Notes: generated by a model from the letters alone, not told the origin. Counted from the stretch's first letter, positions 28,731-40,000 are shown. The stretch: DNA of 64,000 nt from Armatimonadota bacterium (GCA_963677485.1 OY781964.1:2400001-2464000), one strand, 5' to 3'. Numbers and translations are program-made.

Positions 28731-28846
28731 AACCACGAATGGATACTAATCTACGAACTGGCCTTCCCTATTCGTGGTAATTCGTGTGCATTCGTGGTTC
28801 ATGGATCCGGAATTTTAACCACTAATGAACACGAATGGACACGAAT
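28731..28846. repeat. Short-period (about 9-10 nt) inverted repeat cluster, ACGAAT/ATTCGTG family
   Basis: AACCACGAAT...ATTCGTGGTAATTCGTGTGCATTCGTGGTT; ACACGAATGGACACGAAT. Confidence 0.7.
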
Positions 28847-28852
28847 AAAATC

Positions 28853-30355
28853 ATGCCAACGAATCAAAGTAAAGCTGTTCGCCGTTATGTGTTAAGCGTC
28901 TCTCCGGATGCCCTCAGGAATGACCCAGAACTACTTTCGCTGTTGAAGGCGTCAGGGCTTGACGAGGTCGCCATCACCGGCTACCTTTATGGACACTGGT
29001 CATACACTCCGGAGATCACCTCCCACTGGATGCAAGAGGCGCATAAAGTGGGGCTGGAGACCAGCATCGTTAATGTTCCGTTGGGACATCCAGGCGGACC
29101 ATTGTATGCGGAGTCAAGCGACACAGCATCCAAACTCTGGAAGAACTATACAAATGAAGAGGGTGTGCGGATGTCAGGCACCTCGATTCACCCTCCAGCG
29201 ACGGAAGAGAATGTGCATGCGATCAATCGTCTGAAAGCATTCAATCCGACGGTGATCTGGCTAGATGACGACTTTCGGCTCGCACGATCTCCGGGGATTA
29301 TCGGTGGATGCTTCTGTCCAGACCATAAACGGATGTTTCTTCAGAAACACGGCTATGGTGAAAGGCAGTGGAATGAGCTGCTGAATGCTGTTAAAGCGCG
29401 CCAGCTTTGCCCTGTGTTGAGGAATTGGGTTGAGATGCAGTGCGATCTGCTGACCGCCTGCTTCCATACACTCCAAAAGGCTGCCGGGCGCGTACCTGTA
29501 GGCAATATGATCATGAATATGGGCTGCGAAAAGGCAGGCATTCGTCTCAAGGATTACGCCAACAGCCCCTTCCGCGTGGGTGAAGAGCACTTTGACGATC
29601 GGTCGTTTGGTGGTGTGAAGGCTAAAACACAGGAGCTATTCAGCGTGTTGTTCCATCGCCGATTCGCCAAACCGCATCTGGCTTATAGCGAAACCACCGC
29701 AGCGCCGGAAGACCAACTTAGCGCGGCCAATATGGCCGCCAAGTTGTGCATCAGCACAATTGCTGATGTGCGCAACACCATGTACATGAGCGGTCTGACC
29801 GCTTTTCCGCGAACCCACTGGCAAACACTGGCGCCGGCCATGAAGGTGCAATCCGAAATTCACGCCAGGATCGCTGGAGCCAAATTGCAGGGACCACTAA
29901 AACACGTCTTCGGAATCGGAAGTCGTTATGTAGGAGACGACAACCCATATACCCTCTTTCTGGCGATGGGGATTCCCTTTGAGGTTTGTGACAGCGCGCC
30001 AAAAGGTGGCTGGGCCTTCCTGGGCAATTCCGATCTTCCCCAGGCGAAAGAGATTGGCGGTAAAGGAGCGACGCTCATCTGCCGACCTGGCCCCGCAGTG
30101 CCGTCATTGTGCCGGGCTGTTCCCGAAAGCCTGCCCGAGCTGATGGCTTTGAAGCACGAGATCGTCGCCAAGATGGGTGCGGTACCGTATGTGCTGCAAG
30201 ACATCCCTGTGGTGTGCGCCTGGTATAAGGAGATCCACAAAGTGCTGTTCTGGAACCTGACCGAAGAGCAGCAGTATTTCACGCTGGTCTACGGCAGCAC
30301 CCGCCAAAACGCCACCCTCGACCCCCTCGGCACCACGCTGCTGGAGAATGTGTAG
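28853..30355 (+). CDS. Uncharacterised glycoside-hydrolase-like protein, paralog 3 of 3
   Basis: Same motifs; C-terminal about 70 aa nearly identical to paralog 2. Confidence 0.6.
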   Translation: MPTNQSKAVRRYVLSVSPDALRNDPELLSLLKASGLDEVAITGYLYGHWSYTPEITSHWMQEAHKVGLETSIVNVPLGHPGGPLYAESSDTASKLWKNYTNEEGVRMSGTSIHPPATEENVHAINRLKAFNPTVIWLDDDFRLARSPGIIGGCFCPDHKRMFLQKHGYGERQWNELLNAVKARQLCPVLRNWVEMQCDLLTACFHTLQKAAGRVPVGNMIMNMGCEKAGIRLKDYANSPFRVGEEHFDDRSFGGVKAKTQELFSVLFHRRFAKPHLAYSETTAAPEDQLSAANMAAKLCISTIADVRNTMYMSGLTAFPRTHWQTLAPAMKVQSEIHARIAGAKLQGPLKHVFGIGSRYVGDDNPYTLFLAMGIPFEVCDSAPKGGWAFLGNSDLPQAKEIGGKGATLICRPGPAVPSLCRAVPESLPELMALKHEIVAKMGAVPYVLQDIPVVCAWYKEIHKVLFWNLTEEQQYFTLVYGSTRQNATLDPLGTTLLENV

Positions 30356-30364
30356 GGGATACTT

Positions 30365-30520
30365 AACCACGAATAGACTAGCCAGACCGCATGTGTATTT
30401 CGTCTGAACCACGGATTACACGGATGACACAGATTACACGGATGGGATGATCGGCAAACAGCGCTAGAGGCGAAACCGACGCTGTCATTTCTCTTCGCGC
30501 CTTCGCGTCTTCGCGTGAAA
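30365..30520. repeat. 9-mer (CACGGATTA) and 8-mer (CTTCGCGT) short tandem repeats
   Basis: CACGGATTA-CACGGATGA-CACAGATTA-CACGGATGG; CTTCGCGCCTTCGCGTCTTCGCGTG. Confidence 0.75.
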
Positions 30521-30547
30521 GTGTTGGTAGCTCCCATAAAACAAAGC

Positions 30548-30577
30548 AACCCCCGCAGCGGGGATGCTGCGGGGGTG
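30548..30577. terminator. Hairpin downstream of the porin-like gene
   Basis: ACCCCCGCAGC-gggat-GCTGCGGGGGT-type stem. Confidence 0.55.
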
Positions 30578-30604
30578 ACTCACCTGAAGAGGAACAGGAA
30601 CGGC

Positions 30605-31501
30605 CTACAGCCCTTTTTCCAGCGTGACATGCAACTGCGCCCACACACGTGAACCAGCCGATGTCGGCGCATAGGCGGCTTGCAGAGAGACGCCTTTCGA
30701 AAGTGCGATATCGGCTCCATATGTGGTCGAACGCCATCGGCCGTTGAAGCCGGATGCGTCATTCCATGCGTTGTAGACGATGAACGGGGTGACTTTATTG
30801 AACCCCTCGTAGCTGATCTTGTTCATGCTACACCAGAAGTCACCGCTGCCAGTCGCTTGAAAGGCCTCACCCACCAGCTTGAATTTCTTCTTGCTGATCG
30901 TGTAGTCCAGGCCATAACCAGTATCATGTGGGCTGTTGTAGGACCAGCCTTTGCCGCCGGCCACACTCACTCCCAAATCCACACCATCTGCGACGGTTTT
31001 TCCCACACGCAGATAGCTGTTGGTGGAGTCCGAATCCTTGTTGTCGTTATAAACTACCGCGCCGGTGACGTTGGTGGTACCTTTCGCCCACTTCACCATA
31101 ACGCCGGGCTTGGTTTCCCATTCCCAATCTTGAAACGCAAACGGTATCCAAAACTTTCCGGCTGTGACAGTGAAGTCACCAGACTGCTTGGATACATAGA
31201 GTTCAGGCATACGGTCCAGGTCATTCGGCTTATACTGGTTCATATCGCCGATGCCGTAAGACGCCTTGGCTGTCAGTCCGTTGCCGAAATCCGCTGTCAA
31301 ATAGACAGTGCTGGGTAGAGCCATGGCGTTAGCAGGACCTGCAGCGGCCCAGATTCCATCGTTGAAATCGCGTTGACCATCTATGTCGGAGGTGCCAATG
31401 TAGGCGTCGATGCCCGCGTTGATTTTAGGAGCCTCTGCATTTGCGACGGCAGCCGTGATGAGCAAGACCGCCACTGCAGGAGCAAGTATTCGCGTTGACA
31501 T
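30605..31501 (-). CDS. Secreted beta-strand-rich protein, probable outer-membrane beta-barrel/porin
   Basis: Signal peptide (AVANA/EA), ELYVS...TAGKFWIPFA porin-like motif, alternating amphipathic strands; GGAGG RBS. Confidence 0.6.
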   Translation of the reverse strand: MSTRILAPAVAVLLITAAVANAEAPKINAGIDAYIGTSDIDGQRDFNDGIWAAAGPANAMALPSTVYLTADFGNGLTAKASYGIGDMNQYKPNDLDRMPELYVSKQSGDFTVTAGKFWIPFAFQDWEWETKPGVMVKWAKGTTNVTGAVVYNDNKDSDSTNSYLRVGKTVADGVDLGVSVAGGKGWSYNSPHDTGYGLDYTISKKKFKLVGEAFQATGSGDFWCSMNKISYEGFNKVTPFIVYNAWNDASGFNGRWRSTTYGADIALSKGVSLQAAYAPTSAGSRVWAQLHVTLEKGL

Positions 31502-31654
31502 GTCGGTAACCTCCTAGAAAGTAAGAGGCACGGCAACTTTGCAGCTGCCGTGCCTTCTGTGTTTATTGTAACCTAAAATAGCGTTTGATGGAAGGGGTGC
31601 GTTTCACGACGATCTATGGCACAGACACAGTTGTTTACCTCCCAACTAGAATCT

Positions 31655-31665
31655 TGTGGTATAAT
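31655..31665 (+). promoter_or_regulatory. Extended -10 promoter for rplJL
   Basis: TGTGGTATAAT just upstream of the L10 leader. Confidence 0.6.
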
Positions 31666-31685
31666 TCCCTTGGTGTTTCCGTTCA

Positions 31686-31730
31686 CCGCAGACAGCAGGG
31701 GTCCGAAAGGCTGAAATCTCCTGCCGAGGC
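31686..31730 (+). ncRNA. Ribosomal protein L10 leader core (cis-regulatory RNA)
   Basis: CCGCAGACAGCAGG...TGAAAT.TCCTGCCGAGG matches the L10-leader consensus; lies upstream of rplJ. Confidence 0.8.
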
Positions 31731-31858
31731 GAACTCATGACCGAATATTTTCGCATCCGCGCGATCACAATATCGGGGGTTTCGCTTCTCTAGCGAAGCC
31801 CCTTTCGCTTTCTCGCCTTCTGCTCGGACACCAACATAGCAAAGGAGGTGGATGCTTC

Positions 31859-32398
31859 GTGCGATCCACACCACGACCCGACAAAGTCGCAGAGGTTGCT
31901 CAAGTCCGCGCCCTACTGGAAAGCTCCAAAGGCGTGATCTTCACCGAGTATAAAGGACTTACGTTCGCGCAAGTCACTATGCTTCGGGCTAAGCTTCGCG
32001 AATGCAACGCAGAATATCACGTGGTTAAAAACACGCTATTCCGCCGCGCAGCCGAGGGGCTCATCAATGGCAATCTCGATGACGTGCTGCAAGGACCGGT
32101 TGCCACAGCTTTCATGCTGGGTGACGAAGCCGCTTGCGCAAAAGCCCTCACAGGTTTGTCCAAAGATCTGAAGACGCTGGCAGTCAGGGGCACCGTACTC
32201 TCAGGCAAGTTATATCCTGCCGATACAGTGAACACCCTCGCCAAGCTTCCCAGCCGCGACGTACTCATCGCTCAGGTTGTCGGCGGTATTCAAGCGCCCA
32301 TCACCGGTGCGGTCAATACTCTTAACGGAATCATCACTGGTTTCGTGACAACATTGCAAAATATTGCGGACGAAAAGTCCAAAACCGAAGCCGCTTAG
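31859..32398 (+). CDS. rplJ: 50S ribosomal protein L10
   Basis: EYKGLT..Q...LR.KLR, VVKNTL.RRA, GP.A.AF, LAKLPSR. Confidence 0.96.
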   Translation: MRSTPRPDKVAEVAQVRALLESSKGVIFTEYKGLTFAQVTMLRAKLRECNAEYHVVKNTLFRRAAEGLINGNLDDVLQGPVATAFMLGDEAACAKALTGLSKDLKTLAVRGTVLSGKLYPADTVNTLAKLPSRDVLIAQVVGGIQAPITGAVNTLNGIITGFVTTLQNIADEKSKTEAA

Positions 32399-32422
32399 GC
32401 TTTTAGAAGGAGTTTCAAACAA

Positions 32423-32800
32423 ATGGCACTGACCAAAGACGAGATGATCCAAGCGATCAAAGAGATGTCCGTACTCGAGCTGAACGAGCTCGTAAAGGCC
32501 CTTCAAGACGAGTTCGGCGTATCCGCCGCTGCTCCAATGATGGCCATGGCTGCCGCCCCCGCCGCTGAGGCTGCTGTTGTCGAAGAGAAGACCTCCTTCG
32601 ACGCCATCCTCGAGTCCGTTGGCGAAAAGAAAATCAACGTGATCAAGGTTGTCCGCGAAATCACCGGTCTTGGCTTGAAAGAAGCTAAGGATCTCGTGGA
32701 AGGCGCTCCTCAGCCCGTTAAGCAGGGCGTTAACAAGGAAGAAGCCGAAGCCATCAAGGTTAAGCTCGAAGAAGTCGGAGCTGGCGTCAAAATCGCCTAG
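32423..32800 (+). CDS. rplL: 50S ribosomal protein L7/L12
   Basis: [43 protein letters not shown]. Confidence 0.98.
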   Translation: MALTKDEMIQAIKEMSVLELNELVKALQDEFGVSAAAPMMAMAAAPAAEAAVVEEKTSFDAILESVGEKKINVIKVVREITGLGLKEAKDLVEGAPQPVKQGVNKEEAEAIKVKLEEVGAGVKIA

Positions 32801-32820
32801 TTTCTCTTTTTCGGTATTCC

Positions 32821-32851
32821 AAGCCCGGGCAGAAATGCCTGGGCTTTTTTT
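32821..32851 (+). terminator. Intrinsic terminator after rplL
   Basis: AAGCCCGGGCA-gaaa-TGCCTGGGCTT followed by a T-run. Confidence 0.85.
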
Positions 32852-32864
32852 GTTTGCGGAGGGA

Positions 32865-33085
32865 TACCAACGCAAAGACGCAAAGGTGCAAAGGCGCAAG
32901 GGGGGAGTCCCCTGGGAACGCCAATCTCCCGATTGGCCTCCCTCCCCATCCGAACCTATCCGTGCCATCCGTGAAATCCGTGGTTCAGACAATGACCGTG
33001 CCAATCGACCGCCGACGAGAAAAAGACCGGCGTGATGCCGTACCTTTGCGTCATTGCGTTGAATCCCATCCGAGTCATCCGTGGA
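32865..33085. repeat. Repeat mosaic (CGCAAAG 8-mers, Family C REP, ATCCGTG 9-mers)
   Basis: CAACGCAAAGACGCAAAGGTGCAAAGGCGCAAG; CCCCTGGGAACGCCAATCTCCCGATTGGC (32909-32937); ATCCGTGCCATCCGTGAAATCCGTGG. Confidence 0.7.
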
Positions 33086-33188
33086 ATCGCCGCACTGGCA
33101 CGGGTTGAATGGCTGTGTTAAAGTTTTAGCATAACGGCAACTGAATCAACAGATGCCCGTCGTATGACCGCGTGAGGAGAATGGCATC

Positions 33189-36100
33189 ATGATAAGCTGG
33201 CAGGACGTGTCTCGGGTGGTTTTATCACTGGCGATGGTGGCCGTATTGAGCACAACAGCTAGTGCAGCGGATCTGCGCGCCGCGATCGCCCGCACGGGCC
33301 TGCCAGGCGATGACCCGGAGCTGGTCACCGCCGTAGGTAAGTCGATCGCCGCCGCTGGATACACGGTCACCGAGCTAGACTCGGACGCCTTGTGCGATGC
33401 CACCAAGCTAAGTCCCACGGCTTTCGATCTGCTGGTACTACCCGACGCGGCCGATCTCCCGGCGGCCAGCGTGAAGCCTATCGAGGCCTACCTACGCGCA
33501 GGTGGCGACATCATCGCGTTGAACGCGCCGTTGTGGCAGAGCAGCTTCTTAAAGTCCAACGGCCAGTGGACCACCGCCGATGAGCTGGGCAAGGCCAACG
33601 CGGGTAAGCTCCCCGAGCACGTGGTTTGTGGCTTTTCCGCTGAGGAAACGGCGCCATGGACGAGAAGCACCTCGCATGCGAATATCAAAACCAGAGCGGA
33701 GTCCGTGGCCAACGGTCCGGCTCCCGGCCAGAAGGCACTGCACATTACCATCCCGGAGATGCTGGGCTGGGACACCTTCGTAAGTCCCCAGTATACGCAG
33801 CCATTTGCCCCGGGATCGAAACTCACGGTGTTTTCCGCCAAAGGCGGCCCGGGCACATCGCATGTCTTCATCGAGTGGACCGAAAAAGATGGCTCCCGCT
33901 GGTTTGCCGCGGTACCTCTCTATCCTGAGTGGCGGCAGTATGTGCTCAAACCAGAGCAGTTCCATTTTTGGCAAAGCAACCCTCAAAGAGGTGGTCCGGG
34001 AGATCAGTTCCGTCCTGAGAACGCCGTCTCCGTCACGGTCGGACAGGCCTACTCCCATACCGGGCCTGCATCCGGAAAGCAGGAATACTGGTTCGGCCCA
34101 ATCGGTACCGCCAGCAAGGTAGAGGGCTGGGATGAGACCGCAAACACTCCCGAACCGCCCGCACTGGAGATACTCTCGCCAGGTTACAAGTTCTTCAGTG
34201 TCAATGCTGACCAGCTCAGCACGACAGAAAGTGGCAGTTTCGCCGTGCCAACCGGGATGCTAATCCGCTCTCCACACCCGCGTCCAAGCGGAGGCGGCTT
34301 CGATAAAGGCCGCAACTGGCGCTGGATCCCGCTGGTGAATGCGCTCAGCAGCCAGGGAGAATGGCGCGGCAGCCCCGCGTCAATGATGGTGAACGCCGAG
34401 GGAGCTTATAAAGGCGGAGTGTGGATGTCGTGCGGGGTGACAGGTGCCGAGTTTTACCGCTCCAAAACCGCACTGGCGGGGCTCACCCAAATCGCCAGGC
34501 GGATGGGAGAGGGGCTGTTCATCCTGGACGGCGGGTCGAATTTCTATACCTATTTCAAAGATCAGCCACTGCGGCTCGGTGCCCGGGTGGTGAACCTCAG
34601 CAAGCAGGCCCAATCCAACGCCACCATCAGGCTGACGGTCACCGATCCGAAGACAGGCAGTCAGGCGTTCAGCCGCGAGTGGCCGCTGACGCCAGAAACT
34701 GGCAAGATTTCGACCGTATCATGCGACTGGAAGCCCACAATCTGGCCAACCGGTGGATATACGGTCTTGGTAGAACTGCTGCAGGCGGGTAAGCAGTTGG
34801 ACCGTGTCTCACACTCTATCTATTTGTGGCAGCCTGCCAAAAAGAAGCAGTTCGTCACCACAAAAGCGAGTGAATTCATCCTCAACGGTAAGCGTTGGCG
34901 CGCGAACGGCGTGAACTATATGCCCAGCTCCGGCATCGCCGCCGAGGATGGCAAATACTTCGAGGCCTGGCTGAGTGCTGCCTCCTACGACCCGGAGGTT
35001 ATCGAGCGCGACCTAAACCACATCAAGCAGTTCGGCATGAATTCGGTCAGCATCTTCATCTACGCCGAAAATGCGAAAGACCAGAATCTGCTGGATATGC
35101 TGCGGCGCCTCGATGCCCACGGTATGAAGGCCAGCCTTGCGCTCCGTCCGGGCACACCCATCGACTTCCAGTGGAAGGACATCAGCTCCATCATCAAATA
35201 TAACAGGCTGTGGGAGAACGACGCGGTGTTCGCCTATGACCTCGCCTGGGAGCCCAGCTTTGGTTCGCGTGAGGAGCGGGCGATTTTTGACCCAGAGTGG
35301 GAACAGTGGATCATCGAGCGTTACGGAAGCATCGCCAACGCAGAGCGTGACTGGGGATATGCCGTGCCGCGAAAGGCAGATGGCAGCATCTCAAACCCCT
35401 CACCCGCTGAGGTCGACACCGACGGAGCCTGGCGTAGAATGACCGCCGCCTACCGGCGGTTCCTTGACACTGTGTTATACAAGAAATACGGAGCCGCCCG
35501 CCGACTGGTGCGCAGCATTGACCCCAACCACCTGGTTAGCTTCCGCATGAGCGAGGCCGCTAGCCCCACCTACCACTGGGAAGGGCGGATACCATACGAC
35601 TTCCCATACCTTGCCGCCGCGGTGGATTTCCTGGCTCCTGAGGGTTACGGTCGGATAGGAAGTTGGGAGGATGTCAAGCCCGGTTGGTTCCAGAACGCAT
35701 ACGCTCGCTGGGCTGCCCCGCGTAAGCCGATGATCTGGGCTGAGGCCGGGGTGAGTGCATGGGACACCGCGCAGATGGCCTCTACCCCTGCCAAGCTGGA
35801 GTTCCAGGGATCACTGTATGAGCACTACTACCGCCTCATCACCTCCAGTGCGTGCAGCGGAATCATGTATTGGTGGTATCCGGGCGGTTTCCGATACGGC
35901 GAGAACAGCGATTACGGCATCATCAATCCCGATGGCACCGACCGGCCATCCACAAAGGCGATTAAGTCGAATGGACCTGCCTTCCTGATAGGACCTTCTC
36001 GAAAGAAGACCGATATGTGGATTGGGATCGACCGCGATGCCCATACCGATGGCGTCGCGGGTATCTACAGTCAGGTGAAGGACCGCTTTTGGGATGCCAT

Positions 36101-36614
36101 TAGCAAGGGGAAGACTCCAGGTTTGAGGACCGCCGGCACAGGCACTAACTCCTCAAATTGCTCACTGGTGGCCGTTGGTAACACCCCATGCAACGGCAGC
36201 AATCCGCCGAAATACCTTGACGCCGCGATCGACTCCGTGCAGATACTGGCAGTCGATGGCAGGTGGACAGAGGTCGCCAAAGGCGGGACCATTAAGGTCA
36301 ACGCGAACAAACCGGTGCAGATGAGGGTTGAGTTCACCAACCTGGGCGAGGCAAAAATGGTGGCACCCGCGGGTTGCTTGCAAACCGGACAAGTCTATAT
36401 CGTGGCAAAAGTTCATAACGCCACACTGCGTCTTCCCATCCGGGCCAGTGTGCCGCAGCAGGAGTCAGCGACTCTGCAGGGGGTGGTTGCGCCGGCTGGT
36501 CTTGTGATGCCGCAAGAGGTGGCGCTGCACTCCGAGGCGTGGGGCCGCACGCCTTTTGGCGAGCGGTTCAGTTTCACGCTTGTGGGTGGTGAGGGCGCGT
36601 CGACCGGCAGGTAG
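33189..36614 (+). CDS. Large secreted multidomain glycoside hydrolase (clan GH-A-like barrel; CBM-like N-terminal region)
   Basis: Signal peptide; FILNGK.W..NGVNY.P, IERDL..IK..GMNSV, AYDLAWEP (acid/base), PMIWAEAG (nucleophile), DYGI. Confidence 0.7.
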   Translation: MISWQDVSRVVLSLAMVAVLSTTASAADLRAAIARTGLPGDDPELVTAVGKSIAAAGYTVTELDSDALCDATKLSPTAFDLLVLPDAADLPAASVKPIEAYLRAGGDIIALNAPLWQSSFLKSNGQWTTADELGKANAGKLPEHVVCGFSAEETAPWTRSTSHANIKTRAESVANGPAPGQKALHITIPEMLGWDTFVSPQYTQPFAPGSKLTVFSAKGGPGTSHVFIEWTEKDGSRWFAAVPLYPEWRQYVLKPEQFHFWQSNPQRGGPGDQFRPENAVSVTVGQAYSHTGPASGKQEYWFGPIGTASKVEGWDETANTPEPPALEILSPGYKFFSVNADQLSTTESGSFAVPTGMLIRSPHPRPSGGGFDKGRNWRWIPLVNALSSQGEWRGSPASMMVNAEGAYKGGVWMSCGVTGAEFYRSKTALAGLTQIARRMGEGLFILDGGSNFYTYFKDQPLRLGARVVNLSKQAQSNATIRLTVTDPKTGSQAFSREWPLTPETGKISTVSCDWKPTIWPTGGYTVLVELLQAGKQLDRVSHSIYLWQPAKKKQFVTTKASEFILNGKRWRANGVNYMPSSGIAAEDGKYFEAWLSAASYDPEVIERDLNHIKQFGMNSVSIFIYAENAKDQNLLDMLRRLDAHGMKASLALRPGTPIDFQWKDISSIIKYNRLWENDAVFAYDLAWEPSFGSREERAIFDPEWEQWIIERYGSIANAERDWGYAVPRKADGSISNPSPAEVDTDGAWRRMTAAYRRFLDTVLYKKYGAARRLVRSIDPNHLVSFRMSEAASPTYHWEGRIPYDFPYLAAAVDFLAPEGYGRIGSWEDVKPGWFQNAYARWAAPRKPMIWAEAGVSAWDTAQMASTPAKLEFQGSLYEHYYRLITSSACSGIMYWWYPGGFRYGENSDYGIINPDGTDRPSTKAIKSNGPAFLIGPSRKKTDMWIGIDRDAHTDGVAGIYSQVKDRFWDAISKGKTPGLRTAGTGTNSSNCSLVAVGNTPCNGSNPPKYLDAAIDSVQILAVDGRWTEVAKGGTIKVNANKPVQMRVEFTNLGEAKMVAPAGCLQTGQVYIVAKVHNATLRLPIRASVPQQESATLQGVVAPAGLVMPQEVALHSEAWGRTPFGERFSFTLVGGEGASTGR

Positions 36615-36647
36615 GGTGGGGTTCTCAACCCGCCCTGAAGGTCTTAA

Positions 36648-36866
36648 TTGCCTATGTCCGGGGCGGTTTTCCCCTAACCGCGCCGGTCTTGGTCCCGTCA
36701 CCAATCTATCACGGCTATCCGCCAGACCGGCGCGGTCTTGAGGTTTCTGCAACAGCTAGCCAGCAGCCAGACCGCCCCGGACATAGGCAACGCTAGACTT
36801 GGACCGGCGCGGTCTTGAGGTTTCTGCAACAGCTAGCCAGCAGCCAGACCGCCCCGAACTTAGGCG
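36648..36866. repeat. Family B REP module with an internal 77-bp-period tandem duplication
   Basis: Inverted copy GTCCGGGGCGGTTTTCCCCTAACCGCGCCGGTCTTGG; GACCGGCGCGGTCTTGAGG...GACCGCCCCG at 36725 and 36802. Confidence 0.8.
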
Positions 36867-37027
36867 ATTATAGGGGCGTGATGTCATGGTGGCTGGATTA
36901 ATGCGTGAAAAATCCACACCCGACCAATACAGCCCTCCCGTTCGCACCCCCATGCTTGACATTCACACCCAAATCAGCTACTCTACCCCTAAAGATCGCT
37001 CCGAAAGCTTCTTCCAGGAGAATTGGT

Positions 37028-40000
37028 ATGAACATCTCGCACAACGCTATCGACATCGCCCCATTCGCTCTGCCCAACTGCGCAGAAGGTGAAATCCGCT
37101 GGGAGGAGCCGCGCGACATCAGCCGCTTGGTGCTCCGATTCGCTACAGATCCCACCTCTGACATCATCGTGCGCTACCAGCGTAACCTCTGGCCGAACAG
37201 CCGGGTGGAGCGCGACTACAGGGGCATCGACAACGCGATGCAATATGGATGGGGAGCGGTTGACGACTGGTTCAACACGCCCTGGGTTGAGGCCAGCGTG
37301 GAGATCCGAAAGCTCGAAGCCTGTGTGTATGAGATCAGCTTCCAGCCGCTCTGCTCTGAACTACCCGATTACACCGACTACAACGTGCAGTTCCGGCGCA
37401 CTATGGGTTTGAAGATTCAAGCCGATACCCAGATAGATGAGTTGAATGTCTATACTCGCTGGGAGCCCACCTCCACCACACTGGAGGTCCAGCTTGACTG
37501 CGGCGGAGAAACCTCGGGCGGCATCAAGGCGGTGCATTGCTACAACACGGTGATTGAGGGCATCGACGGGCAGCTCTCAGACCGCAGCTTCAGAGTGCGT
37601 TTCAGACACCTGCAGGCTGCGATGGCCCATGCGGGTGATACCGGGCATGTGCGGTTTGAGCTAGACCATGACCAGTTCACCATCTCGCTGGAATCCCTGG
37701 CCAAGCAGGGCCCCATCTGGTATGAACCGGAGCATATCTATACCAAACGTGCTGACGACCGGACCAGCTTTGAGGACTACCTGCAGTCCATTGAGGGTGC
37801 CTCCACGTTGAATCAACGCGTGCTGGCCACCCACGACCAGGGTCTCGGTGGGGCTCTGATGGGCCAACCCCGCGCCCATCCAGTGTCCAACAGCATCGGG
37901 TGCAAGTATGCCCGGCAGCGGTTCTGGGTGGAGTATAACGGTGACCTGGTGCTGACCAAGTCCAACATCGACTTAGTGACGATGAGCGATACCCCACGCT
38001 ATCTGAACAAATCGGATGCGCGACTGTTCTTTGGATTGGAGTCGTGGCGCAGCATGGGGCGGTTCGCTGACCCGTCACCTGTGCTCGCGCAGAACCTGCA
38101 TTTCGTGTCTGACGGCCTGGTTTGCGAACAGAAGAGCTATGCCATCCCGTTGTTGAAGGGTATCGATGAGCCGTTGACGGGGGATGACAGCATCATTGCG
38201 ATGGTGCGCATGCGCTTCCGCAATGACGGCTTCATGCTCATCAAAATGGAGCTGCCGCTGGAGTATTCAGCCGAATCAGCCCGTTCCAGCAACCGCACGG
38301 GAGCTGGTCATTATGACAAGAACACCAATGACTACCTGGTGCCCCTCAGCCCGCGCGAGCCGTTGACCATTGAACGAGAGAAAGGCACCACGCTGGTCTA
38401 CGGTCGGCATGATGGCCAGAAAGTGCTGCGTTTCATGATCGATGCTGACAGTGATGTGCAAATCTCCACCACCGAGACGGGGCTGGTGATCAGCCAAATG
38501 CTGAAACCCGGCGAGGGCTGCGAGGCCATTATCAAGCTGCCCTTCATCGCCCTCGACAGGCCTGATGAGTTGGCGGCCCTGCAGGATCTCAGCTTCGAGA
38601 ATGGCTACCAGCAGATTCGAAAATACTGGTATGATCAAGCCGCCTTCGGCACGCAGCTCCACACCCCAGAAGCGCGATTGAATGAGCTGCACGCCATCCA
38701 CCCCGCACATGTCGGCACCGCGGATGTGGGCATGAGCGACGAGCCGGATCTAGTGAACACCTCGGTGGGCTCATCGACATATGGCAACTTCGTGAACGAA
38801 TCGGTGATGATCATGCAGGAGCTGGATGAACGCGGTCTGCATGATGAGGTGCGCCGACGGCTGGCGGTCTGGCTGAAATACCAGGGACAGATAGGACTGA
38901 CCGGAAACTTCAGCGACCATGACGGCGTGTTTTACGCTGCAGGCGGTTTTGAAATGGGTGAGACCTACAGCCAGCACCACGGTTGGGCCCTCTGGGGGTT
39001 CGCGGAGCATTATTTCATGACTCGCGACAAAGAATGGTTCAGTTCGATCGCACCCCAGCTCATCAACGGGGGCGATTGGGTGTTCCGGCAGCGTGCTTTG
39101 ACTATGGAACCACTGCCGCATTCACGGGGATGGGAACACGGCTTCATGCCCGCAGCCAGCCTGGAGGACGTGGCCGACTACTTCTACTGGCTAACCACCA
39201 ACACCATGAGCTGGAAGGGTGTAGACCGCCTGGCTGCCGCTTTCGAGGCATGCAAACATCCGGAGGCGGCGCGACTGCGTCAGGAGGCCGATGCGTTCAA
39301 AGCCGACCTGCTGCGGGGCTTCAATACCGCCCGGCAGCACAGCCCCATCGTGCGCCTTCGGGACGGCCGGTGGGTGCCGCACACTCCCAGCCGGTTGTAT
39401 CGGCGCGGGCGTGATTCGGGCTGGATCAGGGAGGTGCTGGAGGGCTCAGTCTACCTGGTGATGATGGGACTGATCGATCCAAACAGCAAACAGGCGGGCT
39501 GGATTCTGGACGATTATCAGGACAACCGCTACATCAGCGAGGACTACGGCTACCCCATCTACGATGTGAAACACTTCTGGTATGACAGCGGCGGGTTCTC
39601 CTGCCAGCCGAACCTTTTGGCCGGACTGATGCCGCATCTGGACAGAGATGAAATAGAGGTCTACCTGTGGATGTTCTACAACGCCTGGGCGGCCACTTAT
39701 CGCGAAGAGACCAATGCGATGGTGGAGCACCCCATGCCGGTGCTGGGGCAGTCCAACTCCGCGTGGGTGAAGACCAGCGACCAGGCGAACTCCCAGAGGT
39801 GGCTGCGTTACATGTTTGTGTATGCCCCGCATGATGTGCTCTACATCGGCAGGGCGGTTCCCAGAGGGTGGCTGAAGAGCACCAAGCCGGTGGGCGTCAA
39901 AAGGGCAGCGACGCATTTTGGTGTGGTCGATGCCGCGTACATAGCCATGCCATCCAGGTATACCATCAGGCTAGATATCCAACTTAACCTACACTCCACA

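Noticed and set aside
24947-31680. Integrative element or prophage at tRNA-Val
   Set aside because: No integrase, phage genes or duplicated tRNA 3' end (attR) could be found.
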